NCBI GenBank assembly: GCA_024137785.1
Contig: JAHRHZ010000002.1
Location: 20,720,881-20,784,880, forward strand
DNA from: Ginglymostoma cirratum
Lineage: Eukaryota
Direction: 5' to 3'
Length of the DNA: 64,000 nucleotides
Shown here piece after piece: positions 53,040 to 64,000 of the stretch. Every line of letters starts with the position of its first letter. The first letter of the stretch is position 1. The notes beneath the pieces are model-generated. The model had not been told where the DNA came from. It worked only from the letters and a program-made list of their open reading frames with translations, and did not search any database. Both the position numbers and the translations under genes were made by a program.

Positions 53040-53650
53040 ACTATCACTCCTTCATACAACACCGATATTTTCCTAGAAGCCCACTCCTATAAGGTCATTT
53101 GTATGAGGTCTCTCCTATAATCCCATTCATATAAATTCACTCTCACAAGGTAATTCCTGTGGACAACACGTTTTCTTGGGGGTTAGTTATCTTAGTCTGC
53201 AATGCAGGGTGAAAACAACAGCATAGGTTCAATTCCTGCATTGGCTAAAGTTACGCGAAGGACTCTCTTTTTTGACCTTGCCTGATTTGTGGCGATCCTC
53301 AGGTTAAACCACCACTGGTTGTTTCTCTCTCTGTGTCTCCAATGACAGAGTAGACTTTATTGTCTACCCCTGTAATGTCACTCATTTAAAGCCACTTCTA
53401 TAAGCCCATTCCATAAGACGACCTTAAAAAGCCATCCTATAAGTCACCATTATTACACACATTCGTTTAAGGTCATTCTTAAATCAAGGTCACAGCAATA
53501 ATGTGACTCCGAGAAGACCACTCTCATATAGCCACTGTTATAATGTCACTATAACATCAAAATGATGGTAATTCTCATAAGACCTTCCTATACATGACCA
53601 TTCCAGTGAGCCCATTCTAATAAGGTCATTCCCAGAAAGCCACCACTCTA
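53040..53650. repeat. Highly degenerate minisatellite (aaggtcattcc / gccactcctataa-like units)
   Basis: Recurrent cctataa, aaggtca, gccact and cccatt motifs at roughly 15-20 bp spacing. Confidence 0.55.
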
Positions 53651-53875
53651 ATTTTTATTGGATTTCAGAGGAAGGAATCATTCTGTCGGTAATAAGCTCA
53701 GACTCTGAACCGGGAAACGCTCAAAGTCAGCCTCTAACCTTCACACCCTCCTCTTTGACCCTGGATCCACCCCACAGCAGAACTGCTTGCGTTACACTCT
53801 ATCTAAAGTGCCGACTGCTGCTGGGAGGAGAGAACAGCGGCGGGATTTGGCTGGCAGGGAAGAGACTTTAAGAAT

Positions 53876-53887
53876 GAAAGTGAAAGT
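53876..53887 (+). promoter_or_regulatory. ISRE/IRF-binding element in putative butyrophilin-like promoter
   Basis: GAAAGTGAAAGT consensus in a locally CpG-rich, non-repeat island (53780-54090), ~110 bp upstream of a strong donor (ggg|gtaagt, 54000/54001). Confidence 0.55.
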
Positions 53888-53899
53888 TGCCTTCAGTTC

Positions 53900-54000
53900 G
53901 GGCGTTGTTCCGGACTTCAATCGAACGCCTAAAAGCGGTGAAACGCGGTTTCTTAAAACAGAAAGGAGCAAAGATGTTTTAGTCAGAAAAAAAAAGTGGG
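53900..54000 (+). other. Putative non-coding first exon of the butyrophilin-like gene (5' end approximate)
   Basis: The leader exon has a splice acceptor at 58409, so an upstream exon is required. This is a CpG-rich segment ending in a canonical gtaagt donor. Confidence 0.45.
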
Positions 54001-54111
54001 GTAAGTTTGAAACTTGTTTTTTTGAAGGTGTTGAAATGCAGGAGCGACTTCTGCCCGAGATTTTGTAAAATAGTGGGTTCGCACGGCCATTTCGGGTTTG
54101 TACACCATTCA

Positions 54112-54302
54112 AGATAACAAGGTGTGGAGCTGGATGAACACAGCAGGCCAAGCAGCTGTGGGGGAAGTGGGGGAGTTTCCGATGAAGGGTCTAGGCCCGA
54201 AACGTCAAGCTTTCCTGCTCCTATGATGCTGCTTGGCCTGCAGTGTTCATCCAGCCCCAAGCCTTGTTATCTCGGATTCTCCAGCATCTGCAGTATTATC
54301 TC
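54112..54302 (+). mobile_element. Short fold-back PLE-derived element (core variant CCGATGA...GAAACGTC at 54179-54206)
   Basis: Same arms as above. Related copies at ~11150-11250, 23883-23937, 42538-42715, 48475-48695 and 54475-54615. Confidence 0.8.
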
Positions 54303-54997
54303 TTGTACACCACTCAGTCGTTTTTTTTTCATACTCCTGTAATGGTAAGTGCTAGTGTGGTCCTTGGGTGGATCATGTTTGGTTCAGGGTGTTTTGCGAA
54401 CCTCGTTGTTGGTGAAACTAGATAGGACTGTGTCAGTTTTCCACATGAATACATTCTAACCCTGAAAGTCAATACAGTGCGAAGCTGGAGGAACACAGTA
54501 GGTCAGGCAGCAATCAGAGGAACAGGAAAGTCGACGTTTCGGGTCGGGTCCCTTCTCCAGAACTCCGTTCCTCCAGCTCCACACTGTGTTGACTCTGACT
54601 CCGGCATCTCCAGTTTTTGGTAACTTCCACTGACTCATTCTGACCCTGGAGTTACCACTTTTCTGTTTCCCACCCAACATTATAGCCAGGAATGACATTT
54701 CTCATTCTCTGTCTCTCTGCTGATCGTATCTTATCGGTTGACGAGAACAATTTTTGGCGTAGATTTCACCTTAGTGAGTTCTGCTCCAAACAAAAACAGA
54801 AGCTCCCGGAAAACTTTTCGGGTTGGTTGGATGTAACGAGTGGTATCCAACAGGGATCTGTACCGGGACTGCAATTAAAACAAATGACTTAAATGAAGGA
54901 TGGATGTACGGTGCCAAATTTGCTGACAACACAAAGCTAGACAGAAACTATGTTGCGTAGAGGACACAAAAAGAGGTTAAGTGAATGTACAAACATA

Positions 54998-57150
54998 AAA
55001 TCATAGAGATGTACAGCACAGAAACAGACCCTTTGGTCTAACTCGTCCAATGCTGACTAGATATCCTAAATAAATCTCGTCCCATTTGCCAGCATTTGGC
55101 CCGTATTCCTCGAAACACTTCCTATTCATATACCCATCTAGATGTTTTTAAATGTTGTAATTATACCAGCCTCCACTTGCACTGGCAGCTCATTCCATAC
55201 ATGCACCACCTTCTGCGCAAAAAAGTTGCCCCTTAGGTCCCGTTTAAATCTTTACCCTCTACCTTAAACCTGTGCCCTCTAGTTTTGGACTCCCCCCACC
55301 CCAGGGAAAAGACCTTGTCTATTTACCCTATCAATGCCCCTTGTGATTTTATAAACCTCCATAAGGTCACCCCTCAGCCTCTGATGCACCAGAGAAAATA
55401 GACCCAGTGTATTCAGCCTCTCCCTATAGCTCAAACCCTCCAGTCCTGGCAACACCCTTGTAAATCTTTTCTGAACCCTTTCAAGTGTCACAACATCCTT
55501 CCTATAGCAGGGAGACCAGAACAGCATGCAGTATTCCAATAGTGGCCTAACCGATGCCCTGTACAACCTATATTCAATGCACTGACCAATAAAGGCAAAT
55601 ATACCAAACACCTCCTTCACTATCCTATCGACCTGCAACTCCACTTTCAAGGAACTATGAACTTACAGTCCAGGTGCTGATCTTTAAGGGGTTCTATTCT
55701 CTCCCTAGTTACCCTTTTGTCCATAATGTATTTGCAGAATCCCTTTGGATTTTCCTTAGCCCTGTTTGCCAAAGCTATCTCATGTGCCCTTTTTGCCCTC
55801 CTGATTTCCTCCTTAATTATTCTCCTAGTGCCTTTGTACTCTTCTAGGGAATCATTTGACCTCTGCTGTCTGTACCTGACATATGTTTTCTTCTTATTCT
55901 AAACCAAAACCTCAATTTCTTTAGTTATCCAGCATTCCCTACACCTACCAGCCTTTCCCTTAACCCTGATAGGGGCGTACTGTCTCTAGACTCTCACTAT
56001 CTGTTTTTTTGGAGGCTTCCCATTTTCTAGCTGTCCCTTTACCTGCAAACATCGCCCCCAATCAACTTTTGAAAGTTCTTGCCTAATACCGTCAGCATTG
56101 GCCTTTCTCCAATTTAGAAGTTTAACTTTTAGATCCAGTCTATCATTTTCCATCATTCATTTTAAAAGTAATAGAAATATGATCAGTGGCCCCAAAGTGA
56201 TCCCCACCTGACACCTCAGTCACCTGCCCTGCCTTATTTCCCAAGAGTAGGTCACGTTTTGCACCTACTCTAGCAGGTACATTCATATACTGAATCAGAA
56301 AATTTTCTTGTATAGGCTTAACAAATTACTCTCCATCCAAACCCTTAACACTACAGTAGTCCCAGTCTATGTTTGGAAAGTTAAATTCCCCTACCATAAC
56401 CATCCTATTATTCTTACAGATAACTGAAATCTCCTTACAAATTTGTTTCTCTATTTCCCACTGATTATTCTGGGGCCTTTCGTACAATCCCAGTAAGGTG
56501 ATCATTCCTTTCTTATTTCTCCGTTCCACCCAAACAACTTCCTGGAGTATCCTCCCTAAGTACAGCTGTAATATTATACCTAATCAGAAATGCCACTCCC
56601 CCTCCACTCTCTCTCCTGTTTTGATCCATCCTATGGCATCTATCCTTGGAAAATAAAAACAGTTTAAGTCATCAGTCCCATCTCATTCTCTACTTTGTTC
56701 CTCTTGCCCTGTCTGTTTGACTTACTCCTTTTCCATTGTAACAGTCTCAGACTGATCTCTTTCCTAACTATTTCCCTGCGATTTCCACACCCCCCCACCT
56801 TGCTAGTTTAAATCCTCCCGAGCAGCTCTATCAAATCTCCCCGCCGATCTATTCGTCACCTTCCAATTTGGGTGCAATCCATCCTCCTTATATAGGTCAC
56901 TTCTACCCCAGAAGATATTCCAATGATCCAAAAATGAGAATTCTTCTTCCCTGCAGCAGTTCCTCAGCCATACATTCATCTGCTCTATCCTCCTGTCCCT
57001 ATTCTCACTAGCTCATGGCACTGAGAGTAATCCAGACATTATTACCCTTGAGGACCTACATTTTAAATTCCTGCCCAACTTCCTATGTTCTCTCCTCAGA
57101 ATTGTCCTTTTCTCTTCCTTAGTTGTTAGTTCCAATGTGTATAACAACTT
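54998..57150 (-). mobile_element. Internally deleted CR1 LINE nested inside an older plus-strand CR1 (54815-54995 and 57160-57680)
   Basis: VRPLLEYC..WSP..RKD..LERVQKRFTR at 55279-55650, endonuclease remnants at 56326-56529, ORF1 remnants at ~56800-57070. The RT core is missing. Confidence 0.85.
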
Positions 57151-58445
57151 CCTGCTGGCCTTTTGTGGTGAATGGAGTAGAATGTGAGAAAATATGAAAT
57201 TGTCCATTTGAGCAAGAAGAGTTTTTGTTTAAATGCACTTATCTAATTGCTGAGACAGTGCAGACCTGTAAGATACAGAGGGATCTGGCAATCCGAGTGC
57301 ATGAATCACAAACACTCACTAATCAGGTACGGTACATAATTAAGGAAGTTCATAGAATGTTATCATTTTATTGTGAGGGGAGCTAAACACCAAGGCAGTG
57401 AGATTATGCTTAAATTATACAAAACCATGAGGAGGCTGCATCTAGTGTACTGTGCACAATACTGGCCATCTTTGTTAAGGAAGGATGTAAATGTGGAGGC
57501 AATTCAGAGAAGGTTTGCTCGACTAATACCTGGAATGGCTCGTCATTTAATGAGGAAATGTTGGACACACGATTTGTATCCATTGGAGTTTAGATTAAGG
57601 GGTGACTTCTAAAATTTGAAGGCTGTTAGCAAGATAAATGTGAAAGGAATGCTTCCTTGTATGGCTGAATCTAGCTCCCTGTTTCTCCAAGTACAGATTA
57701 ATTCTGTCCCTGAGAATTGCTGAGAGCAACAGTCAAAAACTGAGGACTGGATGGTGTGGCATGAACTCACTTCATGAAAAGAAAGTGAATGGAGTGTCTG
57801 ATTTCCAATTGTCACAAAAAGGAGATGACAGCAGCTTCCAAATGTGTGTCCTCTATCATCTATAATAGAAAGTCAAGGGTAGCAGACGGAACACTTCCAC
57901 CTACAATTCCCCTTAAAGCCACTCACCATCCTGATTTGCCGTCCCTGATGGTGTTGCTGTGTCGAAATCCTGGCTCCTCCTTCCTCACAGCTCTGTGTGC
58001 ATTCTGCAAGGATTACAGTGGTTCAAGGACACAGCTCACCTCCATCTTTTCCAGAACAATGCTAACTTACTGTCAACAAGTGTTTAAAAATGCTCACATT
58101 CTAACAATGTACGAACAGTCATTGATAAGTTTGGTCTGGAATTCATGAGGAACCTCTTTTACCCAGTGAGAATGTGGAACTTGCTCCCTCAGCTTCTAAT
58201 GTGAATAATGTACATTAAGGTGAATGTGGTTAAATGCATGAGGGAGAAAGGAATAGGGAGAGATAAAACAGAATGGGAGGAGGATTTTATGTGGTACAGA
58301 CTTATTGGGCTCAATAGCATGTTTTGGTGCTGTACAGTTGTAAATAAGCCTATGAATTAGAGAAGTGGGAATGTTGTTTTAGACCCTAACAAAGTTGCTT
58401 GTATTTCAGGACCTGCACAGCCAGGCTTTGGAGATATTGCAGAGA

Positions 58446-58515
58446 ATGTTCGGATGGAAAGGGCTCCAGGGCCTGCTCCTGAATTTCCTCCTCTGGAACT
58501 ACTCGACGTTGGCAG
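58446..58515 (+). CDS. Butyrophilin-like gene, signal-peptide exon (exon begins 58410)
   Basis: tttcag| acceptor at 58409. Encodes MFGWKGLQGLLLNFLLWNYSTLA, then gcag|gtgag phase-1 donor typical of IgSF leaders. Confidence 0.82.
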
Positions 58516-60530
58516 GTGAGAGACCTCACGGCTGAACTACCCCGACACCTTGTTCCGTGTCAGTCCGTGCTGGAGGGTCATGATTGGGGAATCGAGTTAA
58601 AAGTTCCAGAGAGCCTTTGATAATTATGTAAGCATGGCCACAGAATCTGGCAGCAGCTGCCTGGCAGAGAGCCAGCACTGAGTCAGTGGGCTGAACGACC
58701 TCCTTTTGTGCCATGGGGATTCGGTGTAACTTTCTGACCAATGATCGCATTTGATCCTGTGATCAGCTTGTCGAGGTGTTGCAGCTTACTTCACTGGGCA
58801 TCGGTGAAAGTTAAAACCATTGCGTTCTCTTCTATCTGTTCCTTTGTCGTAACATTTAGCCCAAGCTTTCCCTCACCCTGGCTCTTTCTACACAGCCCTG
58901 CAAATACTTTGCTTTGCATCAGTGTAACTTTTAAAATCCTCTCTTTATCTGATCCCGTTTTGACTCTTTTAGCAAGTCTGCTTCCACAGCAAGAGCTCTT
59001 TCAGTCTTATGGTAAGTTGTTGACGTTGCTGATGAGGCTGGCCTTTATTAAATCTTTAACATATTAAACCCCAAAGTGCTTTCTGGAAGTATCATATATT
59101 GCAGAATGGCACCAAGCTACATTGGGACATGAGGTCAGGTGACCAAAAACTTGATTAAAGAGGTCAGTACAAAAGTGCGTTGTAACAGGAGAAAGCAAGG
59201 TAGCCCACGCGGAGATGATATGTGTTTTCTTTTAAAGGGAGTGCACAAGAAGTCAGAATTAGATGAATGCAGTGATCTTTGGAGGGTTGTAGGAGATGTG
59301 GAGGAATTTGAAAGCACAAATGAGTTTTTTGAGATCTAGGTGTTACTTTACCCGGAGTCACTCAATATAGGTCATTGAACACAGTGGGGTGATGGGAGCA
59401 GAACGTGGTGTGAGGCTCAGACGCAGGCACCAGAGCTTCAGATAGCCACAAATTTACGGACGAGACAAGTGTGTCGAAGAACTTGGGTTGAAAAGCTAAT
59501 GGAGGAGGGTTTCAGCAGTGGACAATCTGATTTGAGGGTGAAATTGAGCAGTGTTCTAGAAGTAGGAATTGCTGATCTTGTCAAAGGTATTAACATGGTG
59601 CCATAAATTCAAGTCTGAGGTTCAATTTGACACAGTTCAGAAGTAGGCTGTCTTAAATCTCTGAATGTTGTTAAGGAGAGATCTGGAGTCAGTAACAGTG
59701 CATTCCAGGTCACAACAACCCACGTGTCTTTTTGATTAAAGGAAATTCTTCACAGGTTTAAATTCGGAGAGGTTGAAATCTCTCAAACACTTAAAGGGAT
59801 AGGCAACCTTGATGTAGGTAAGATGTTTGCCCTAGTTGGGAAGTCTAGAACCAGGTGGCACTGTTTTATAAATCAAGTAAGATTTATGCTTTTGGCATGG
59901 AAGTGAGGAGAATTTTTTTTTTTTTAACTTGAAGGGTGGTGAATCTCTGGAATCCTATACCACTGAGGGCTGTGGGAGCTCAGTCTTTGAATATGTTTAA
60001 GGTTGAGATTGATAGATTGCTGATTACTGATGGTTTAAAGAGTGGGGAATGAAATGTTCGATCAGCTGTTGTGTTAAATGGCGGAGCAGACGCTGTGGTT
60101 TCATGGCCTACTCCTGTTCCTAAATTGTCTCTGGGTTATTTGTCAGTTCTCTTCAACCTGAAGCTGTTGTGAGTTGTAGTCTTGGTCTGCCAGTGGATAC
60201 AGTTTCTCCTTATTGACTTTCTCAAAGCATTTGCTATCTCCACTGTATCTCCCCTTTCGCCTTCTCTACTGTACAGATCTAGATCTTAGCTGCTCCAGTG
60301 TTTCTGCTCAAATGAAGACCATCGTTCCTTGCTATTGTGGTAAACTTCCCTTGAATGTCACATGCATCGGTTTGTAAATCAGTATTGTATACTTTATTTC
60401 TTGAAAATGCCTTGACTGTGCCCCTGTGAAATTCCTGAAGAAGCTCCTCCACTGATTGTTTTTCCTCCAACTCCTCCCAACTTCTCCCTCCTTTCTCTCC
60501 ACATTCACTGAAACATCCTTTCTTTCCCAG

Positions 60531-60875
60531 ATGACTTCCAAATCTCCTGCTCCAAATACCCACTTGTGGTCGAGGTTGGTGCTACGGCAGTGTTGGAATG
60601 TCAGCTAATCCCCAGATTGCCCCTCAAAGGTTTGGAGATCCGCTGGAGCAAGGACAATGCACTGGTACATCTCTACAGATTTGGGCAGGATGAGAACGTG
60701 GGGCAGCACGCTAGTTACAAGGATAGGACCCAGCTGTTTGCCAGTGAATTCCAGAATGGCAACGTCTCCCTGAAACTCATGCAAGTCACATTGCCGGACA
60801 ATGGGAAGTACAAGTGTTTTGTGGAATTAGAAGCTCATGGGTTCAGAGATGCAGAGGTTATCCTGAGTGTGGCAA
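60531..60875 (+). CDS. Butyrophilin-like/B7-family IgV exon
   Basis: Phase 1-1 exon. AVLEC...LEIRW...LVHLYRFGQD...YKDRTQLF...GNVSLKL..VTLPDNGKYKCFV is a BTN/MOG-type V domain. Confidence 0.92.
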
Positions 60876-62722
60876 GTAAGTACCTTTCGTGGCATTTGCT
60901 TCTAATCCAGCCGGTAAAATTCTAACAGGAATAGACAGGGTTAACACAGGAAGAATGTTCCCGATAACCAGGGAGTTCAGAACTGGGGGTCACAGTTTAA
61001 AGGTAAGGGTAAGCTTTTTAACACTGAGATGAGGAGAAATTTCTTCACCCAAAGGATGCTGAACCAGTGGAATTCTCTATTAGAGAAAGCAGTTGAGGCC
61101 AAAACATTGGGTGTTTTCAAGAAGGAGTTAGATAAAGTTCTTGGGGCTAAAGGGGGCCAAAGGGTATAGGAGGAGAAAAGCAGGAACAGGGGACTGAGTT
61201 GGATGATTAGCCATGATCATATTGAATGATGGAGCAGACTCAAAGGGCTTACTCCTGCCCCTAATTTCAGAGCTTCTATTGTTTCACAGGATCAGTGGTT
61301 GGGCAAGCCATCCCCCAGGAGAAGGTGGTTGGTGAGCTGCCTTCCTGAACCAGGGAAGGCCTTTGGGTGTAGCGAAACCCACATTGATGTCAGGAGGGAA
61401 ACTTCAGGAATTTGACCCAGTGACAGTCAAGATGTGGTGATATATTTCCAAGTCAGGATGGTGTATCTTGACAGGGAGCTTGTCGGTGGTGGTGTTCCCA
61501 TTCGTCTGCTGCCCCTGCCCTTCCAGGACATTAAGATCATGGCTTGGGAAGGTGCTGTTGGAAGAGCCATAAGTTACTGCAGTGCATCTTGGAGATGGTA
61601 TGCATTGCTACGTCTGTGCGTGAGTGGGGGAGGGAGTGATTTTTGAAGTTGATGGATGGGGTGCCAATTAATTGGGCTGCTTTGTCTTGGATGCTATTAA
61701 CATTGTCGGAGGCTTGCGCTCATCCAAGCAAATGGTGAGTATTCCATCACTCTCCCTTGATTTGTAGATGGTGGACAGACTTTGGAGAGTCAGGAGCTCT
61801 ACACAAATTGCCAGTTTTTGTACTTGATGTCTCTGTTTATGAACTTCAAGATCCCATGTGCTTGGATGATTAACTCTCTCAAACAATATTGCCTCTACTT
61901 TTGCTGATGGCAGGAGGAGGCTGGTGTGGGTGTAAGTGCTAGCATGGAAATGTTGGATGAGTAGCCTGTTTCTGTCATAAAATCCCTACAGAGTGGAAGC
62001 AGGCCATTCATCCTGTCGAGTCCACACTGACTCTCTGAAGAGAACCCCACCCAGATCCCTGCCAATCCTTGTAACCCTGCATTTCCCATGGCTAATCTAC
62101 CTAGCCTGCACATTCCTGGATACCATGGGCCAATTTAGCATGGCCAATTCACCTAACCTGCACATCTTTGCAGGAGTTTTATTCTGTATTTTAATCCTTT
62201 GTTTTCCCTGTCCCAGGAGTGTTTGATGAGGACAGTGTCAAGAGAACTTTACTTTGAGGTTTAAAAAGTGAGGGGGAGTTTTTTTCCCCATGATATTCAC
62301 CCCAAGCTGTCACTGTCCTGGGAGTATTTGATAGGGACAGTGTTGCAGGGACATCTTCTCTATTTAAGAGTTGAGGTCGCCACCCATATTGGTCAACTGC
62401 AAAAAATAGAGACCCAGCCTGCTCAACCTCTCCTCACAAACCAATCCTGGGAATCAGCTTCATGCACCTTTCCCTGACCTACATCCGATGGAAGTATATT
62501 CACCTTCAAGTACGGAACCAAAATTGAACACAATAGACTGGTCTCACCAATACCCAGCGCCATGGTAACAAATAATGGGGTGGGATTTGAACCCATGGAC
62601 TTCTGACTCAAAGAGGGAGGGTGCTACCTACGGAATAGGGCTGGCTGCCTTTGAGGTCCTCTGTCCTGTAACTCGGTTGTGTTTTTTTTCTTAAAAAGAA
62701 CTGACCCTAATTGCATTGGCAG

Positions 62723-63001
62723 GATTTGGAGAATGGCCTTTGATCAACTTGAACAAGTACACTGGGAATGGAATCCAGCTCCTGTGTGAGTCCGAGAACT
62801 GGTTTCCTCCACCGATGGTGCAATGGAGCAACGAGAAAGGTGTTATCCAGACTCAGCAGGGACAGCCAGTAACGGAGGAGCTACGCTCAGTCAACGTGAA
62901 GAGCTACATTGATGTGACCAGTGATTCTGGGAACACCTTTAACTGTTTGCTAAAAAGCGAGATGCTGAACAAGGCAGTCTCTGCAGAGCTCCACGTCCCA
63001 G
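62723..63001 (+). CDS. Butyrophilin-like IgC exon; gene continues beyond the window
   Basis: Phase 1-1 exon. GEWPLINL...GIQLLCESENWFPPPMVQW...FNCLLK matches the BTN C-domain pattern GIxLxCxSxGWYPxPxVxW. Confidence 0.9.
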
Positions 63002-64000
63002 GTTTGTGAGCTTTGTGTCTCTATGTGCCTGTGTGTATGCCCATGTACTGTTGTTGGTGTCACCTCCAGCCAACATCCCATTGTGACGTGCTGATCGAAA
63101 GAACATTTGCCGTCCTTTAAATCAAAGGCATGGGGTGATGCAACTGCCATTTTTCTCAGTCCCTTGCTGCTGTGAACATTGATTTAATTTGTTATTGTTA
63201 CACAGTACCGAGGTACAGTGAAAAGTATTGTTTTGTGCTCACCAGACAAATCGTACCTTACGTAAGTACATCAGGGTAGTGGGACAGAATGCAGAATATA
63301 GTGTTATAGCTGCAAAGAAGGTGCATAGAAAGATCAGCTCGAACGTGAGAGAATTGTTTATAAGTCTAATTACAATGGGGAAGAAGCAGTTCTTGAATCT
63401 GTTGGTTTGTATTTTCAAACTTTGTATGTTCTGCCCGATGAAAGAGAGTATAACGGGGTAGGAGATGTCTTTGATGTTGGCTGCTTTTCTGTGACGGTGG
63501 GAAGTGTAGATGGAGTCAGTGGAAGGAAGGCTGGTTTTCATGGACAGGGCTGCGTTTCCAGCTCTCTCTAACTTTAAGGTCTTCAATTCCTCCATGTCCT
63601 TTTCTGCCCCTCCAACCCAGTCACCACATCTGCAATACTTAGTGACTACAGTCTTCTCCAGTGACTCATCGCCTGGGTTGTGATCAACTTGATGGGCCCC
63701 ATCAATGGCCACATCAACAGCCCCATGCCCTACTGTGACCTCCCTCCAGCCTGCATGACCTCTGTGTGCTTTGAACCTTTCCACCTTTTCTAACCCTCTG
63801 CTCTACTTTAATTCTGTCCCCTTGTGCTACCTTCGATTTTCTTCACACTCCCATCTGTGACTGTGTCTTCAGTTGCTTGTTGTCCAGGCCCCCTCTAAAT
63901 ATTTCTAGCCCTCTGCCCCACGTTCCTTTTCCTTAACTTAAGATGTTTGTCAAAACCTTCGTGTCTGATCAAGCTTTTGGATGTCAGGTCTATTATCTCC

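Noticed and set aside
63239-63784. 181-aa minus-strand ORF
   Set aside because: Chance fusion of L2-like and Rex1-like LINE fragments.

Overview
Eukaryotic, repeat-rich genomic DNA, almost certainly from a cartilaginous fish: it carries HE1-type V-SINEs, DeuSINE-like elements and shark-type CR1 LINEs. Most ORFs in the supplied track are spurious or repeat-derived. Three spliced genes can be rebuilt by hand with GT-AG boundaries and consistent phases. (1) The last six coding exons of ATF6B (+, 2398-14244). (2) A complete 7-coding-exon, 525-aa olfactomedin-like-2 family gene (-, 47903-30104), tail-to-tail with ATF6B. This mirrors the human ATF6/OLFML2B pair and may be a third OLFML2 ohnologue on the MHC-linked paralogon. 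(3) The 5' part of a butyrophilin-like gene (+, signal, IgV and IgC exons, 58446-63001), with an ISRE in its likely promoter. The most striking non-genic signal is a Penelope-like retroelement system. A GIY-YIG-encoding remnant has ~485-bp inverted arms and a 15-bp target duplication (49306-51285). About ten short, mostly fold-back derivatives carry minimal hammerhead-ribozyme motifs (CUGANGA-A-stem II-GAAAC-GUH) with covarying stem II. All family assignments are from recalled sequence knowledge; no searches were run.
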